From Macrostomum lignano (taxonomy: Eukaryota), in NCBI GenBank assembly GCA_002269645.1, contig NIVC01000421.1:62001-126000 (forward strand): a stretch of 64,000 bases of DNA, given 5' to 3'. The notes under the pieces were generated by a model. The model saw only the letters and a list, made by a program, of their open reading frames with translations. It was not told where the DNA came from and made no database searches. Within the stretch, counting starts at the first letter, position 1. Every line of letters begins with the position of its first letter. Positions 34,391 to 55,328 of this stretch are shown here, piece after piece. The translations under genes were made by a program, and so were the position numbers.

Positions 34391-36670
34391 ATGCAGCAGG
34401 GAGTTTCAACGGCCGCGGACAAGGCCAGAAGCTGCTTCCAATGGTGCGCGTCGATCTTCTTCAGGTACCGCCACCTGTTCATCCTAGCGTTCGCTGCCGC
34501 CAGCGTCATTCTTGTTGGCGGAAAAAGGCGCTGCTTTTCCATCTTTCTAGGCGAGCTGCACGAACAGTTCAATAGTACTAAACTGGAGCTGAACATGATT
34601 GGTGAGCGCTGCACAGTTCAAATATATCTTTCTGGTTTGTGGCTTTTAAATGTCAAATTTCTCATGCATTGAGGAATGACAAGCAAAGACCGGAATCCGG
34701 TCAGAGGTCCGAGAAGGTCAGAGAACGCATAGCGCTGAATGAAGTTTGGCCATAGACCAATTCGGTCAGAAAAAATCGGCGCTAGGCCCCCAGTTCATTT
34801 CGAAGAAAATCTAGTTAGAAACACTGTAATTAAGTTGACTATGGGCCGTATGCAGAAAGCTTAGTCCAGACTAGCTAGTCCGGACTTGGGTAGTTCAGTC
34901 TATAGTCTATGGTCTAGCTACCCTAGTTCTGCTTTAGTAGACCGGTCTAACTTTGCGTTTCTGCATACCAAATCCAAGTCCAGACTAGTTTTTCAAGACC
35001 GGACTACCCTAGACAGAGCTTTCTGCATACGGCCCAATGTGATTCATTGCGTTCTTCAGTAGTAGCTCGTACAGAAACAAAAACACAGATATACTTGTAA
35101 ATTCACGGCAGAAAAAACGCAAAACTAAATGCCGTCTTCGCGTGCTTTTTGAAATAGGACTAGGACTATTGATCAGTTGATCAGTTCTCTAGCCGGCAGT
35201 GGTCCGGGAGTACCGACATGTACACCTTCTGACGTATCCATGTGCGTGTACACCCAGGGTTCAATGCAATGGTGCATCTACTATAGAGTAATTTGAATGA
35301 GAGAACATCGGATTTCAATTTCATTTGCCAGGCGACAGCTATGCAGCGACCGGCTTCTTCCTGATGCCCTTCGTGGCCACCGCGCTGCTGACTTACGGCC
35401 GCCACTACGGCCTGGCCTCGACTATCGCCGGAGTTCTGATCTTCATCAGCTGTTTGGCGTCGTCCTACGTGCCAAGCCCTGGCTGGATGTTCCTCACACA
35501 TACCGTCATCCACGGAGTCGGCTCCGCTCTGGCCATGACTTCGGCGGCGTTGATTGTTGGCGAGTACTTCGATAGGAATCATCGATTCCACGTGCTGGCC
35601 ACCACGCTGGTGTCCGGCGGGCCATTCGGAGCCATCATCTTCTGCCCGATCTACGCCTACTGGATCCGAGAGGACGGCTGGCGGAACGCCTTTCGATTCA
35701 TGGGCGTCGTGTTCTTCATCGAGATGCTCGTAGCCGGATTTGTCTACGAGCCGAAGCGGCTTGACTACGACGATCTGGACAAGCAGGCTGCCTCCGAGAG
35801 CGCCAGCAGCGACGGCGCGAGACCGTCCGAACGGCATGAGCTGAAGCCGGAGCAGCAGCAGAAAAAGCGAACTATCGGCTTCTGTACTCTGAAGGAAATT
35901 CGCGAAAGACCCCGATTGCTCTGTGGATTCTGCAGCGCACAGTGCACAACATGGTGATGTACAGCTTGGCTATGAACCTGTACGACTTCGAATACGACTC
36001 GATATCCCGTTCGACGTCCAAGTTCAGCTCTGTTGATAACGACACCACGCCGGCAGGCGATTCCGACTGGGCTGTGCTGATCAAGACGAAGGCAACTAAA
36101 GTGCAGCTTTGCTACACAGTCGGCGAGTCGCTGATGTACGTCACCGGCATGCTGCTTGGTGACCATATCCGCGGCAAGCTCATCCTGGTGTACCTGGGCG
36201 GTTCGGCCACCCTGGCGCTGACTCTGTTTTTGTGGTTCTTCACCCGCCAGGTGCAGGGGCTCCAGTACGTGCTCGGCTTCGTGTCCGGCCTGTCAATCGG
36301 CACGGGGAACACCATGGTGTACGCCACCGCCGAGGAAGTCATGAACCTCGACGGCTCCGTGGCCTTCCCGATGAGCCGCTTGGGAGCCGGTCTGGGCATG
36401 CTCACCGCGCCGCTATTCTCCGGTCTGGTCATCGATCGTCTGAACTTCTCCGGTTTCTTCCTGATCCAGTGCGGCCTAGCGCTGTTGTCACTCTGCATCC
36501 TTGCCGCCATCACCATCATGTTGAAGCGTCTGGCCCACTGCGAGAGCATGGATACCGGAGGCGCAGCACTGCAGAACCGGTGCTCCGATTTTCTCGACGG
36601 ACATCACGGACACTCGCACGATGGGACAACGGCTCAGACGGCTGAAGATTCGGAACCAACAGGTTACTGA
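34391..36670 (+). CDS. Monocarboxylate transporter (SLC16/MFS)-like; exons 34391-34601 and 35332-36670, with an apparent 1-nt deletion near 35910
   Basis: TM1 motif LVGGKRRCFSIFLGELHEQF, then FLTHTVIHGVGSAL, IVGEYFDRNHRF...LVSGG, DGWRNAFR. Phase-1 intron G|gtgagc ... ccag|GC. The second MFS half (35942-36670) is in a different frame. Confidence 0.8.
34843..35035. mobile_element. 193-bp MITE with perfect 19-bp TIRs (Harbinger/Tourist-like) in SLC16 intron
   Basis: gggccgtatgcagaaagct (34843-34861) and agctttctgcatacggccc (35017-35035); internal ctagtccagactag-type repeats. Confidence 0.8.
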
Positions 36671-37380
36671 TTTCAAGGCCGAGAACATCTTTCCGCACTA
36701 GCGGTGTTTTGAATTAGTCTTGATCATGACCGATTTAAAAATTAGTATTCTAAAAGCGTGTTGAAGATAAGCCTAACCTCACTAATGCACCTAAAATTGA
36801 CTTTAGGTTTGAATCAATTATTGAACCATTTTATTCAGTTTTTATGCTGTACCATAATTATTGTTATAGTCGGTACCACACGAAAAGTCCACCATAACTG
36901 TTCAATTAATCTTTTTCCAATGCAACACTTGGCCCAAGTTAGAATCCAATTTGAAATTATAGCCCAATATAAATCAAGGTCTCAAGCACTAATATTAAAT
37001 GTTTTAGGGCTGTCATCAGGTTTTTCGTCTTTAATCTTAATACATAATATTTTAAAAAGGCAAAAGCCCATTTAAACTTCAATAGCTATTGATTCAAGTG
37101 TGTGTTATGTGTTCAATCTATTTTTGGTGGAACAATAACATAATTTCGTACATACTCGTACTAAAATATGCATTGTATATGCATTTTGTCCAACACATTT
37201 CATTGCGTATATATACTATCTCTTAAGACATAATAGCAATTCGTTTTCGCTATTATTCCACAGTTGCTTCACAATGTACAAAGTCCATTGCGTTGACTAC
37301 TTTCCCAACTTTATTATCTATCCAACTCTCCTTACCCTCGTTACTGAGCTCGATATATTAAAGTCTACCATTTTTTCAGA

Positions 37381-37685
37381 GGGGTTTGTAGCCTAGTGAT
37401 AAGAGCGCCGAACTCACGACTTGAAAGCCGGGGGTTCGATTCCCGATCCCACTCGGAACAATTTGGGTCCTTGAGCAAGACACTTCACTCTGCATTGCTT
37501 CAGTTCACCAATCTGTAAAATGGGTGCCAGCATTAGATGTGGTAGCTGAGGGTGTGTGGCGACCCTCAAGTCATTGGACTGAACAGCCGTACGCAGCCTT
37601 CAGATGCGCCACGCAATAGCTGCGGCTGAGCTGTCGGTTGCACATCTACCCATTAGGGCAGGTGTAATCAATTATTGTTATTATA
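37381..37685 (+). mobile_element. tRNA-derived CORE-like SINE, family B, full length
   Basis: A box gtagcctagtgataag, B box gggttcgattccc, central gtccttgagcaagacacttcactctgcattgcttcagttcaccaatctgtaaaatgggtgccag (CORE/MIR-like), and a TTA-rich tail. Confidence 0.82.
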
Positions 37686-38016
37686 AATCCACACTTTTTC
37701 ACGCTAGTGGAAAGAGAAAGAGGGTGGATAGATGATAAAGACAATATAAAGCAGTCACGTGATGAAATTCGTACACACGATGTAAATGTACATTGGGAAG
37801 CAATAGGGAAATAATGACCAAAACTAATTGTTATTGTGTCTGGGTGAAGGTCTGGGTATAATATATATTCCAGTATGCAATGCTATTACTAATGTTAAGA
37901 CACTTAAGTCTGTATAGTTACAGAGAAGGTAGAGTGTAGAGAGAGTCTTCCTAACATAGTTATCCGTTATCTGAGTTATCCGGAGTAAGTCTTGAACTCA
38001 GTAAACCTGTGTGTAG

Positions 38017-45424
<7,408 letters not shown>

Positions 45425-46703
45425 GTTAAGTGACGAAACTTCTAAGAAACAGCGCCAGCTGAAATCACGTCGGAGGAGCTGCGAATTAACTTAGAAGGGC
45501 CGTCTCCCATTGGCTGGGAAGATATGCAAGGATTAGTTAGGAAAGAGAACTTTGCTTGTACAGAGCCGCGGATTTTGGTACCAATTTTATTTTTACTATC
45601 GACTTGAGAGCGACGGATTATTAATGAAGATGGGGAGCCTCCGCACGGTTAGACTCCCTATTGGGTGCAGATTTTTTCACCAGCAAATATGATACAGAAA
45701 GCTGGATTGATAGTAGTTACTCGGAAAGCACAAAACACTGTAGATAAAAGAAGATTATAAAAATTAATCCTATTTTTCATGATCAAAACCGGCATATGTA
45801 ACGAGATTTTACATTGTATTAATAACAAGAATATCAAAATTGAGTTGACTTGAGTTGACTAAATGACGATTGATTTTCAATAGGCTCTTTCCTCTGCAGA
45901 ATTTAATCCAACGATGGGGGCTGCGTTTGTGTTGTTCCGATGTGTTTTTCGAGGCGTTGCCTATAGCAGCATGAAATTAATAAAAGAATCGGTTGCAGTT
46001 ACTCATTTTTTGACAGGAAAATTCTCTCAAAGCTCTTGTAGACAACGCAGCGGAATGAAGTTCTTGTCGCTAGTTGCCATCCTACCGCTGGCTTTAACGA
46101 CTGCTTTCGTGAGCGCAGCGGTGAGGCGTGCGATTCTATTGACTTTTTGAAATTTCTATGTTGTTCTTAGTCCGAGGTTGTTTAGATTAGATGTACGTCT
46201 CGTCACAGGATTACTCGCCAATGAGTTCCATAACCTCAAAAAGTGTGTATACTGGCCTGACAATACAAAAGTCAAATAATGTCAGATTTATTTTCAGAAT
46301 GACTCGTCGCTTGAACTGTCAAATTTTGATCTTAAACTGATCGCAAATGCAGAAAGTGGAAGCGCGGTATCGACTCCCCACCTGCCTGGCCAGGCATTCT
46401 TAGTGCAGTTCACGTTTCAAGTCAAACCGAACGCAACCGGCTATTATCTGTGGAATTTGCCGCCTCAGCCAGCGACTGCGGCAGCGGATTGATCGACTTT
46501 TCCGATTTGATGATCAAAGACGCCCATGCTGGTGCCAACTACACGAGCAGACCGCCCGTCTTCCCCAAAAGGTTTGTGCCAAGTTTTTTCAACCGTTCAT
46601 TTACACCGGCGTCGAATGAGCCATTTAAAACATAACACGAGGCAAAAATTGTTTTTTTATGACAATTCAAATGAGACTTGATTAACTAAAGTAGCAAAGC
46701 CTG

Positions 46704-47350
46704 TTGTCTCCATAATCCTACGATGATGAAGCGCCACTGTCCCGATAATCATTCGATGATGAAGCGCCACTGTCCCGATAATCCTTCGATGATGAAGCGT
46801 CACTGTCTCCATAATCCTACGATGATGAAGCGCCACTGTCCCGATAATCCTTCGACGATGAAGCGTCACTGTCTCCATAGTCCTTCGATGATGAAGCGTC
46901 ACTGTCTCCATAGTTCTTCGATGATGAAGCGTCACTGTTTCCATAGTCATTCGACGATGAAGCGTCACTGTCTCCATAGTCATTCGGTGATGAAGCGTCA
47001 CTGTCTCCATAGTCATTCGATGATGAAGCGTTACTGTTTCCATAGTAATTCGGTGATGAAGCGTCACTGTCTCCATAGTCATTCGGTGATGAAGCGTCAC
47101 TGTTTCCATAGTCATTCGACGATGAAGCGTCAACTGTCTCCATAGTTCTTCGATGATGAAGCGTCACTGTTTCCATAGTCATTCGACGATGAAGCGTCAC
47201 TGTCTCCATAGTTCTTCGATGATGAAGCGTCACTGTCTTCATAGTTCTTCGATGATGAAGCGTCACTGTTTCCAAAGTCATTCGATGATAAAGCGTCACT
47301 GTTTTCATAGTCATTCGACGATGAGGCGTCACTGTTTCCATAGTCATTTA
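46704..47350. repeat. 33-bp minisatellite, ~20 copies, intronic
   Basis: Unit like gatgaagcgtcactgtctccatagtcattcgat; gives 11-aa periodic spurious ORFs. Confidence 0.93.
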
Positions 47351-47803
47351 ATGATAGGGAGAGCATCACTGTTCAGATGGTCCTTCGATTAGGCATCGCT
47401 GTTTAGGAACAAGTTTAGTTGATGGTAAGATGAGTTGAGTACCTATCCATTTGCAGCAACAACTCCGAGTCCATAGACGCTATCTACCTGGACTTGGTCG
47501 CATACAGGTGCCACACTTGACTAAACAGGATCCAGCGAGCGTAAGTTACTTTACCTTGCTTCCCAGCCCTGTCAAATTCGCGTAACTAGCTACTGATAGT
47601 AGTTAGCCTAATCGATCAAACGCATTAAAACTTCAGTTTACTTTACGCGCCCTTTTTCGAATACGCGCAGGGCCTCTGTGGAGCCGTGGGGCTTACAGTT
47701 GCTCGATTAATGTCACGGCTAGATCTGAGGAGGTATATTCTAACCAGATTGTTATGCAAGCTTCGGTCGATGCCACAAATATGACGGATCTGATGGTGCT
47801 GGT

Positions 47804-47804
<1 letters not shown>

Positions 47805-47888
<84 letters not shown>
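47805..47888. repeat. (TAG)n microsatellite immediately after a splice donor
   Basis: gtaagtagtagtag... pure run. Confidence 0.95.
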
Positions 47889-48549
47889 CAAAGAAAGTAC
47901 TGCTTTTCGTTCCCCCTTAGAACGACCAGAGGAACATTAACGATCACTCCGGCGACACCGCCCCAGTTCGAATCGGCAGCAGAGTCTATGCAACCCTGAC
48001 AGTCACTGTGCCAACCAATTCATCTGGTCCGATGGAATTTCTAGTGCCGAATTTCCGCATCGAGAATGGAAGCGCCGAGACGCCAGCTGCCTCGAACGGG
48101 TCGAGCTCCTGGTACTCCATGTCGGACCTTTTCAGTGTGGAATCAGTCGACACGGAATTCGTTGGATTCGCCAAGGAACAGTACCGACTACACCGGAGCA
48201 GCAGTGCCGGCACAGTCCTGATGGACGTCGCCCATCTTTACCAGATGATTGTGCAAACAGTCAGCCTGTCGGAAAGCAAAAATCAAGCTGACCACCATGT
48301 TTTATTTTACTTTCGGCTTTCAAATTGCCGACCACATTTTGGCGAATAATAGGACGATATTTTATTTTGTGGCCTATCTAAGAGTGACAGACTACATAGC
48401 AGTTCCAAATAAAAGCGTTCTGATAATACGCGATTGCACCGAAGCGGTAAACGCTAATATCCAGGTCGACTCAAACATAGAAAAGCTTCAGAAATGGATC
48501 CTTGACAGCAGGTACGTATGGTGACTTCAAGTTAAGACAGAGCAGCTCT

Positions 48550-48780
48550 GCGGTGAACCCGTCTGACTCCCGCTGGTTAATTTGGGGTTTTTGTTCAAAC
48601 GCAAACACATTCATTTGGGGTTTGAATCCACGAAAACTGGCCAGGTGGGTTGTCGTTGTCGTACGATTCACAGCCATGGGAGCCAGCCCCAAAGCCCAAA
48701 GGCAGAGAGAGTGTACATGCCGGACGATTAGAAAGTCAGGGACGCTGTACACTCCCGAAGGCGCAAAGCTGCCTATTTGT
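48550..48780 (+). mobile_element. Diverged relative of SINE family A (shared central stem-loop)
   Basis: ttaatttgggg...cacattcatttgggg...gagtgtacatgccggacgattagaaagtcagggacgctgtacactcc. Confidence 0.55.
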
Positions 48781-49582
48781 TTAACTTAACAGCTGCTTGC
48801 TCAATTTTTAGCGATAACATCGAAATGACGGCCAGGAGTGGTCCTAGATAATGCGTCCTCGGCTGAGATGCTGAATTCGGCGTTGTTCTTTCACTTTCCG
48901 TCATACCTGCAGCTGAGCGGGTCGGCTAGCGCCAGCTATGAGTCCGGTAGCATTAGCACCCAGGCTACCGCGGGTGGTGGACTCAAATTTGAAGTAGGTT
49001 TGTGTCTGTGTTCTGCTTCCGACTGACTAAAATGTCTTTAGATTGAGCTATTTGCCTTGGTCTATAGTGTGTCAGGATGAGCAGATGAATCTTAGATTAT
49101 TATTAAAGTCAACGCAGCACTGTGTCGTCTAAGGTCTAAGCAGACGCTGCAACTCAATCTCAACTCCAAAGTTCAGCAAAACGATATTCTTCGACAGTGC
49201 GGCCACAATCAACTTCACTTTGAGACTCAACGGCAGTCGAGGATTTCCCAGCGGCAGGAGGATATCGAAAGACGCAATTATCTGGGAGATGAGTCATGAC
49301 CTACCGGATGTTCTCTAGGGAAGGCAATCCACAGAGTGGCCGCTGGCTGAGACAGTTCGGATACAAGACGCTTATTCTTGAACGGGCATTGCCAATGCAA
49401 CATGTGAGTTTTCGATTCCAGCAGACGCTGCGAAAAAAGCTTGACAAATATTTTGTCCAGCAAACTGAGCATGGAAGTGTCTCTTTGAAGTGCCCTTTCC
49501 TCTGTTACCAACTCACCTCAGCTACCCCTGAGACATGTCGCAGTTTCAATTTTATCAATTGTCAACGATGTCCTAAAGACTG

Positions 49583-52500
49583 CTAGACTATCAGTGATTT
49601 CTACAGACTATCAGTGATTCCTACAGAGTTCAGTGATTCCTACAGAGTTCAGTGATTCCTATAGAGTTCAGTGATTCCTATAGAGTTCAGTGGTTCCTAC
49701 AGACTGTCAGTGATTCCTACAAACTGTCAGTGATTCCTGCAGACTGTCAGTGATTCCTGCAGACTGTCAGTGATTCCTGCAGACTGTCAGTGATTCCTAC
49801 AGACTGTCAGTGATTCCTACAGACTGCCAGTGATTCCTACAGACTGCCAGTGATTCCTGCAGACTGTCAGTGATTCCTACAGACTGTCAGTGATTCCTGA
49901 AGACTGTCAGTGATTCCTACAGACTGCCAGTGATTCCTACAGACTGTCAGTGATTCCTGCAGACTGTCAGAGCTTCCTACAGACTGTCAGTGATTCCTGC
50001 AGACTGTCAGTGATTCCTACAAACTGTCAGTGATTCCTGCAGACTGTCAGTGATTCCTGCAGACTGTCAGTGATTCCTGCAGACTGTCAGTGATTCCTGC
50101 AGACTGTCAGTGATTCCTGCAGACTGTCAGTGATTCCTGAAGACTGTCAGTGATTCCTGCAGACTGTCAGTGATTCCTGCAGACTGTCAGTGATTCCTAC
50201 AGACTGTCAGTGATTCCTACAGACTGTCAGTGATTCCTGCAGACTGTCAGTGATTCCTGCAGACTGTCAGTGATTCCTGCAGACTGTCAGTGATTCCTGC
50301 AGACTGTCAGTGATTCCTGCAGACTGTCAGTGATTCCTGCAGACTGTCAGTGATTCCTACAAACTGTCAGTGATTCCTGCAGACTGTCAGAGCTTCCTAC
50401 AGACTGTCAGTGATTCCTGCAGACTGTCAGTGATTCCTGCAGACTGTCAGAGCTTCCTACAGACTGTCAGTGATTCCTACAAACTGTCAGTGATTCCTAC
50501 AAACTGTCAGAGCTTCCTACAGACTGTCAGTGATTCCTACAAACTGTCAGTGATTCCTACAAACTGTCAGTGATTCCTACAGACTGTCAGTGATTCCTAC
50601 AGACTGTCAGTGATTCCTGCAGACTGCCAGTGATTCCTACAAACTGTCAAAGATTCCTACAGACTGTCAGTGATTCCTACAAACTGTCAGAGATTCCTAC
50701 AGACTGTCAGTGATTCCTACAAACTGTCAGTGATTCCTACAAACTGTCAGTGATTCCTGCAGACTGTCAGTGATTCCTGCAGACTGTCAGTGATTCCTAC
50801 AAACTGTCAGTGATTCCTGCAGACTGTCAGTGATTCCTGAAGACTGTCAGTGATTCCTACAGACTGCCAGTGATTCCTACAGACTGTCAGTGATTCCTAC
50901 AGACTGTCAGAGCTTCCTACAGACTGTCAGTGATTCCTGAAGACTGTCAGTGATTCCTACAGACTGCCAGTGATTCCTACAGACTGTCAGTGATTCCTGC
51001 AGACTGTCAGTGATTCCTACAGACTGCCAGTGATTCCTACAGACTGTCAGTGATTCCTACAGACTGTCAGAGCTTCCTACAGACTGTCAGTGATTCCTAC
51101 AAACTGTCAGTGATTCCTACAGACTGTCAGTGATTCCTACAGACTGTCAGTGATTCCTACAGACTGTCAGTGATTCCTGCAGACTGTCAGTGATTCCTGC
51201 AGACTGTCAGTGATTCCTACAGACTGTCAGTGATTCCTACAGACTGTCAGTGATTCCTGCAGACTGTCAGTGATTCCTGCAGACTGTCAGTGATTCCTGC
51301 AAACTGTCAGTGATTCCTACAAACTGTCAGTGATTCCTGCAGACTGTCAGTGATTCCTGCAGACTGTCAGTGATTCCTGCAGACTGTCAGTGATTCCTAC
51401 AGACTGTCAGTGATTCCTACAGACTGCCAGTGATTCCTACAGACTGCCAGTGATTCCTGCAGACTGTCAGTGATTCCTACAGACTGTCAGTGATTCCTGA
51501 AGACTGTCAGTGATTCCTACAGACTGCCAGTGATTCCTACAGACTGTCAGTGATTCCTGCAGACTGTCAGAGCTTCCTACAGACTGTCAGTGATTCCTGC
51601 AGACTGTCAGTGATTCCTACAAACTGTCAGTGATTCCTGCAGACTGTCAGTGATTCCTGCAGACTGTCAGTGATTCCTGCAGACTGTCAGTGATTCCTGC
51701 AGACTGTCAGTGATTCCTGCAGACTGTCAGTGATTCCTGCAGACTGTCAGTGATTCCTGCAGACTGTCAGTGATTCCTGCAGACTGTCAGTGATTCCTAC
51801 AGACTGTCAGTGATTCCTACAGACTGTCAGTGATTCCTGCAGACTGTCAGTGATTCCTGCAGACTGTCAGAGCTTCCTACAGACTGTCAGTGATTCCTAC
51901 AGACTGTCAGTGATTCCTACAGACTGTCAGTGATTCCTGCAGACTGTCAGTGATTCCTGCAGACTGTCAGTGATTCCTACAGACTGTCAGTGATTCCTAC
52001 AGACTGTCAGTGATTCCTGCAGACTGTCAGTGATTCCTGCAGACTGTCAGTGATTCCTGCAAACTGTCAGTGATTCCTACAAACTGTCAGTGATTCCTGC
52101 AAACTGTCAGTGATTCCTACAAACTGTCAGTGATTCCTACAAACTGTCAGTGATTCCTGCAGACTGTCAGTGATTCCTACAGACTGTCAGTGATTCCTGC
52201 AAACTGTCAGTGATTCCTACAAACTGTCAGTGATTCCTACAGACTGTCAGTGATTCCTGCAGACTGTCAGTGATTCCTGCAGACTGTCAGTGATTCCTAC
52301 AGACTGTCAGTGATTCCTACAGACTGTCAGTGATTCCTGCAGACTGTCAGTGATTCCTGCAGACTGTCAGTGATTCCTGCAGACTGTCAGTGATTCCTGC
52401 AGACTGTCAGTGATTCCTGCAGACTGTCAGTGATTCCTACAGACTGTCAGTGATTCCTGCAGACTGTCAGTGATTCCTGCAGACTGTCAGTGATTCCTGC

Positions 52501-52974
52501 AGACTGTCAGTGATTCCTGCAGACTGTCAGTGATTCCTGCAGACTGTCAGTGATTCCTGCAGACTGTCAGAGCTTCCTACAGACTGTCAGTGATTCCTGC
52601 AGACTGTCAGTGATTCCTGCAGACTGTCAGTGATTCCTACAAACTGTCAGTGAGTTCTGCAGACTGTCAGTGATTCCTGCAGACTGTCAGTGATTCCTGC
52701 AGACTGCCAGTGATTCCTGCAGACTGTCAGTGATTCCTGCAGACTGTCAGTGATTCCTACAGACTGTCAGTGATTCCTACAGACTGTCAGAGATTCCTAC
52801 AGACTGTCAGTGATTCCTGCAGACTGTCAGTGATTCCTACAGACTGTCAGTGATTCCTGCAGACTGTCAGTGATTCCTGCAGACTGTCAGTGATTCCTGC
52901 AAACTGTCAGTGATTCCTACAAACTGTCAGAGATTCCTGCAGACTGTCAGTGATTCCTGCAGACTGTCAGTGCT
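49583..52974. repeat. 3.4-kb satellite of 20-bp units (agactgtcagtgattcct[ac/gc]), ~170 copies
   Basis: Continuous array in perfect 20-bp register with a few diagnostic variants. Confidence 0.98.
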
Positions 52975-53333
52975 TCATAAAAGCCAAGTTTTTGTCAGAT
53001 ATGTCAAAATCTTTTCAGTTTCTTAAAATTACGAGCGTACGTGTCAATTACTTTGTTAGGCTTTGCTGACTTTTTTCTTCTTTCAAAGCCTCTTGTGTGA
53101 CCTTGTTGCAGCTGTTTAAATTTCTAAAAAAATTCTCCCACGTCAGTGACAGATGACAATTGAGAATAAGTAAAAAAGGGGAGGCACACACAACTGATGC
53201 AGAAATGAAGGAGGATAGTATTATTCAAAGTTGCTGTCGATAAAAGTGTCGCTTCTGTTGCAAAGAAAAAGCGCTGGAGGTGAAGTTGAAAGTTGAAACT
53301 ACTTGAGTATACATTGTCTGGGACTGCTAAAGA

Positions 53334-54346
<1,013 letters not shown>

Positions 54347-54358
54347 TCGTTAATCTGT

Positions 54359-55255
54359 TCAGCAGCCGGCTCCATCCGTCAGCAGCCGCAGCGTCACCCA
54401 GCCCTGATCGGAGGCCGAGTTGCCGCCGTCAACTCCAAAGCAGCCGCCTCCGCCGCAGAAAGATCCGCCGCCGCCACCGGCGTGGTAGACACCGCCACCG
54501 GCACCGCCGCCGCTGAATCCGCCGCCGGCGCCAGCAGCCCCCCACGGATCGCCGCCGCCTCCTCCGCCGCCGAAGCCGCCGTCGCCACCGTCGCCGCCGC
54601 TGCCGGCTGCGCCACCTGTCCAGCCAACGCTTCGATCGCCGCCGGAGTCTCCGTAGCCGGCTTTGACTCGCCGGGCGGCCATGCCGAGCCATCCGGAGCC
54701 CAAGCCGCCGTCGAAGTCGGGGTTGGAACCGGCGGGGCCGCTGCCCGGTTGGCCGCCGGCGCCGCCGAAGCCGGTGTTTGGCGAGTAGGAGCCGATAGTT
54801 GAGTCGCTACCGTTGGGTCCGGAAAGTCCTGGGCGGCCTGGGAGGCGGTTTGAAAGGAAATCCATCGATTACATGAGTTTTTAGCGCCACACACTACTCA
54901 GGAACAGTTTTGGCGCCACCCTCAGAAACATTGTTAGAGCTCCCACCTGGTGCAAACGTGGAGGCTCCGCCGCCGCCTCCGGCAGCAAGCAGCAGCTCAG
55001 CGCTGTCCGTCAGGTAGACAAAGGTGCCGCCGCCGCCGCCAGCTCCTGCACCCTGAGTTGTCGGCCAGCCGCCAGCCTGACCAACCACGATTGACAGCTT
55101 CGAACCGGTCAGAAGGCTAAAATTGCCAACAATGAAGGCGCCTTTGCCGCCGGAATGACTTTTGAAGCTGTTGGCTCCGCCAGCTGCACCTGAAGCTTCG
55201 ATGAGGTAGCAGCCTGAGACGATCACAATTATCTTCTGGATGGTTCCGTCCCTGC
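54359..55255 (-). CDS. ALK/LTK-type glycine-rich extracellular domain protein; exons 55255-54947 and 54837-54359, upstream exon(s) elsewhere
   Basis: GTIQKIIVIVSGCYLIEASGAAGG, GGKGAFIVGNFSL...KLSIVVGQAG, GGGGGTFVY...LLLAAGGGGGA, GGFGGGG, GAGGGFSGGG, GGGGGSF, GWVTLRLL is the motif series of this domain. The 109-bp phase-1 intron (G|gtggga ... ccag|GC) joins the two ORFs. Confidence 0.78.
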
Positions 55256-55328
55256 CTGCGGATGAGTCTGGATTGAGCCGGGAATTTTTTTGTGAAGGCT
55301 TTGTTGACATCGATCTCTTTCAATCTAT

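Noticed and set aside
47940-47975. Suspected frameshift in the exon starting at ~47920
   Set aside because: The upstream exon ends in phase 0 (CTG|gtaagt), so the NDQRNINDHSG frame is continuous and no indel is needed.
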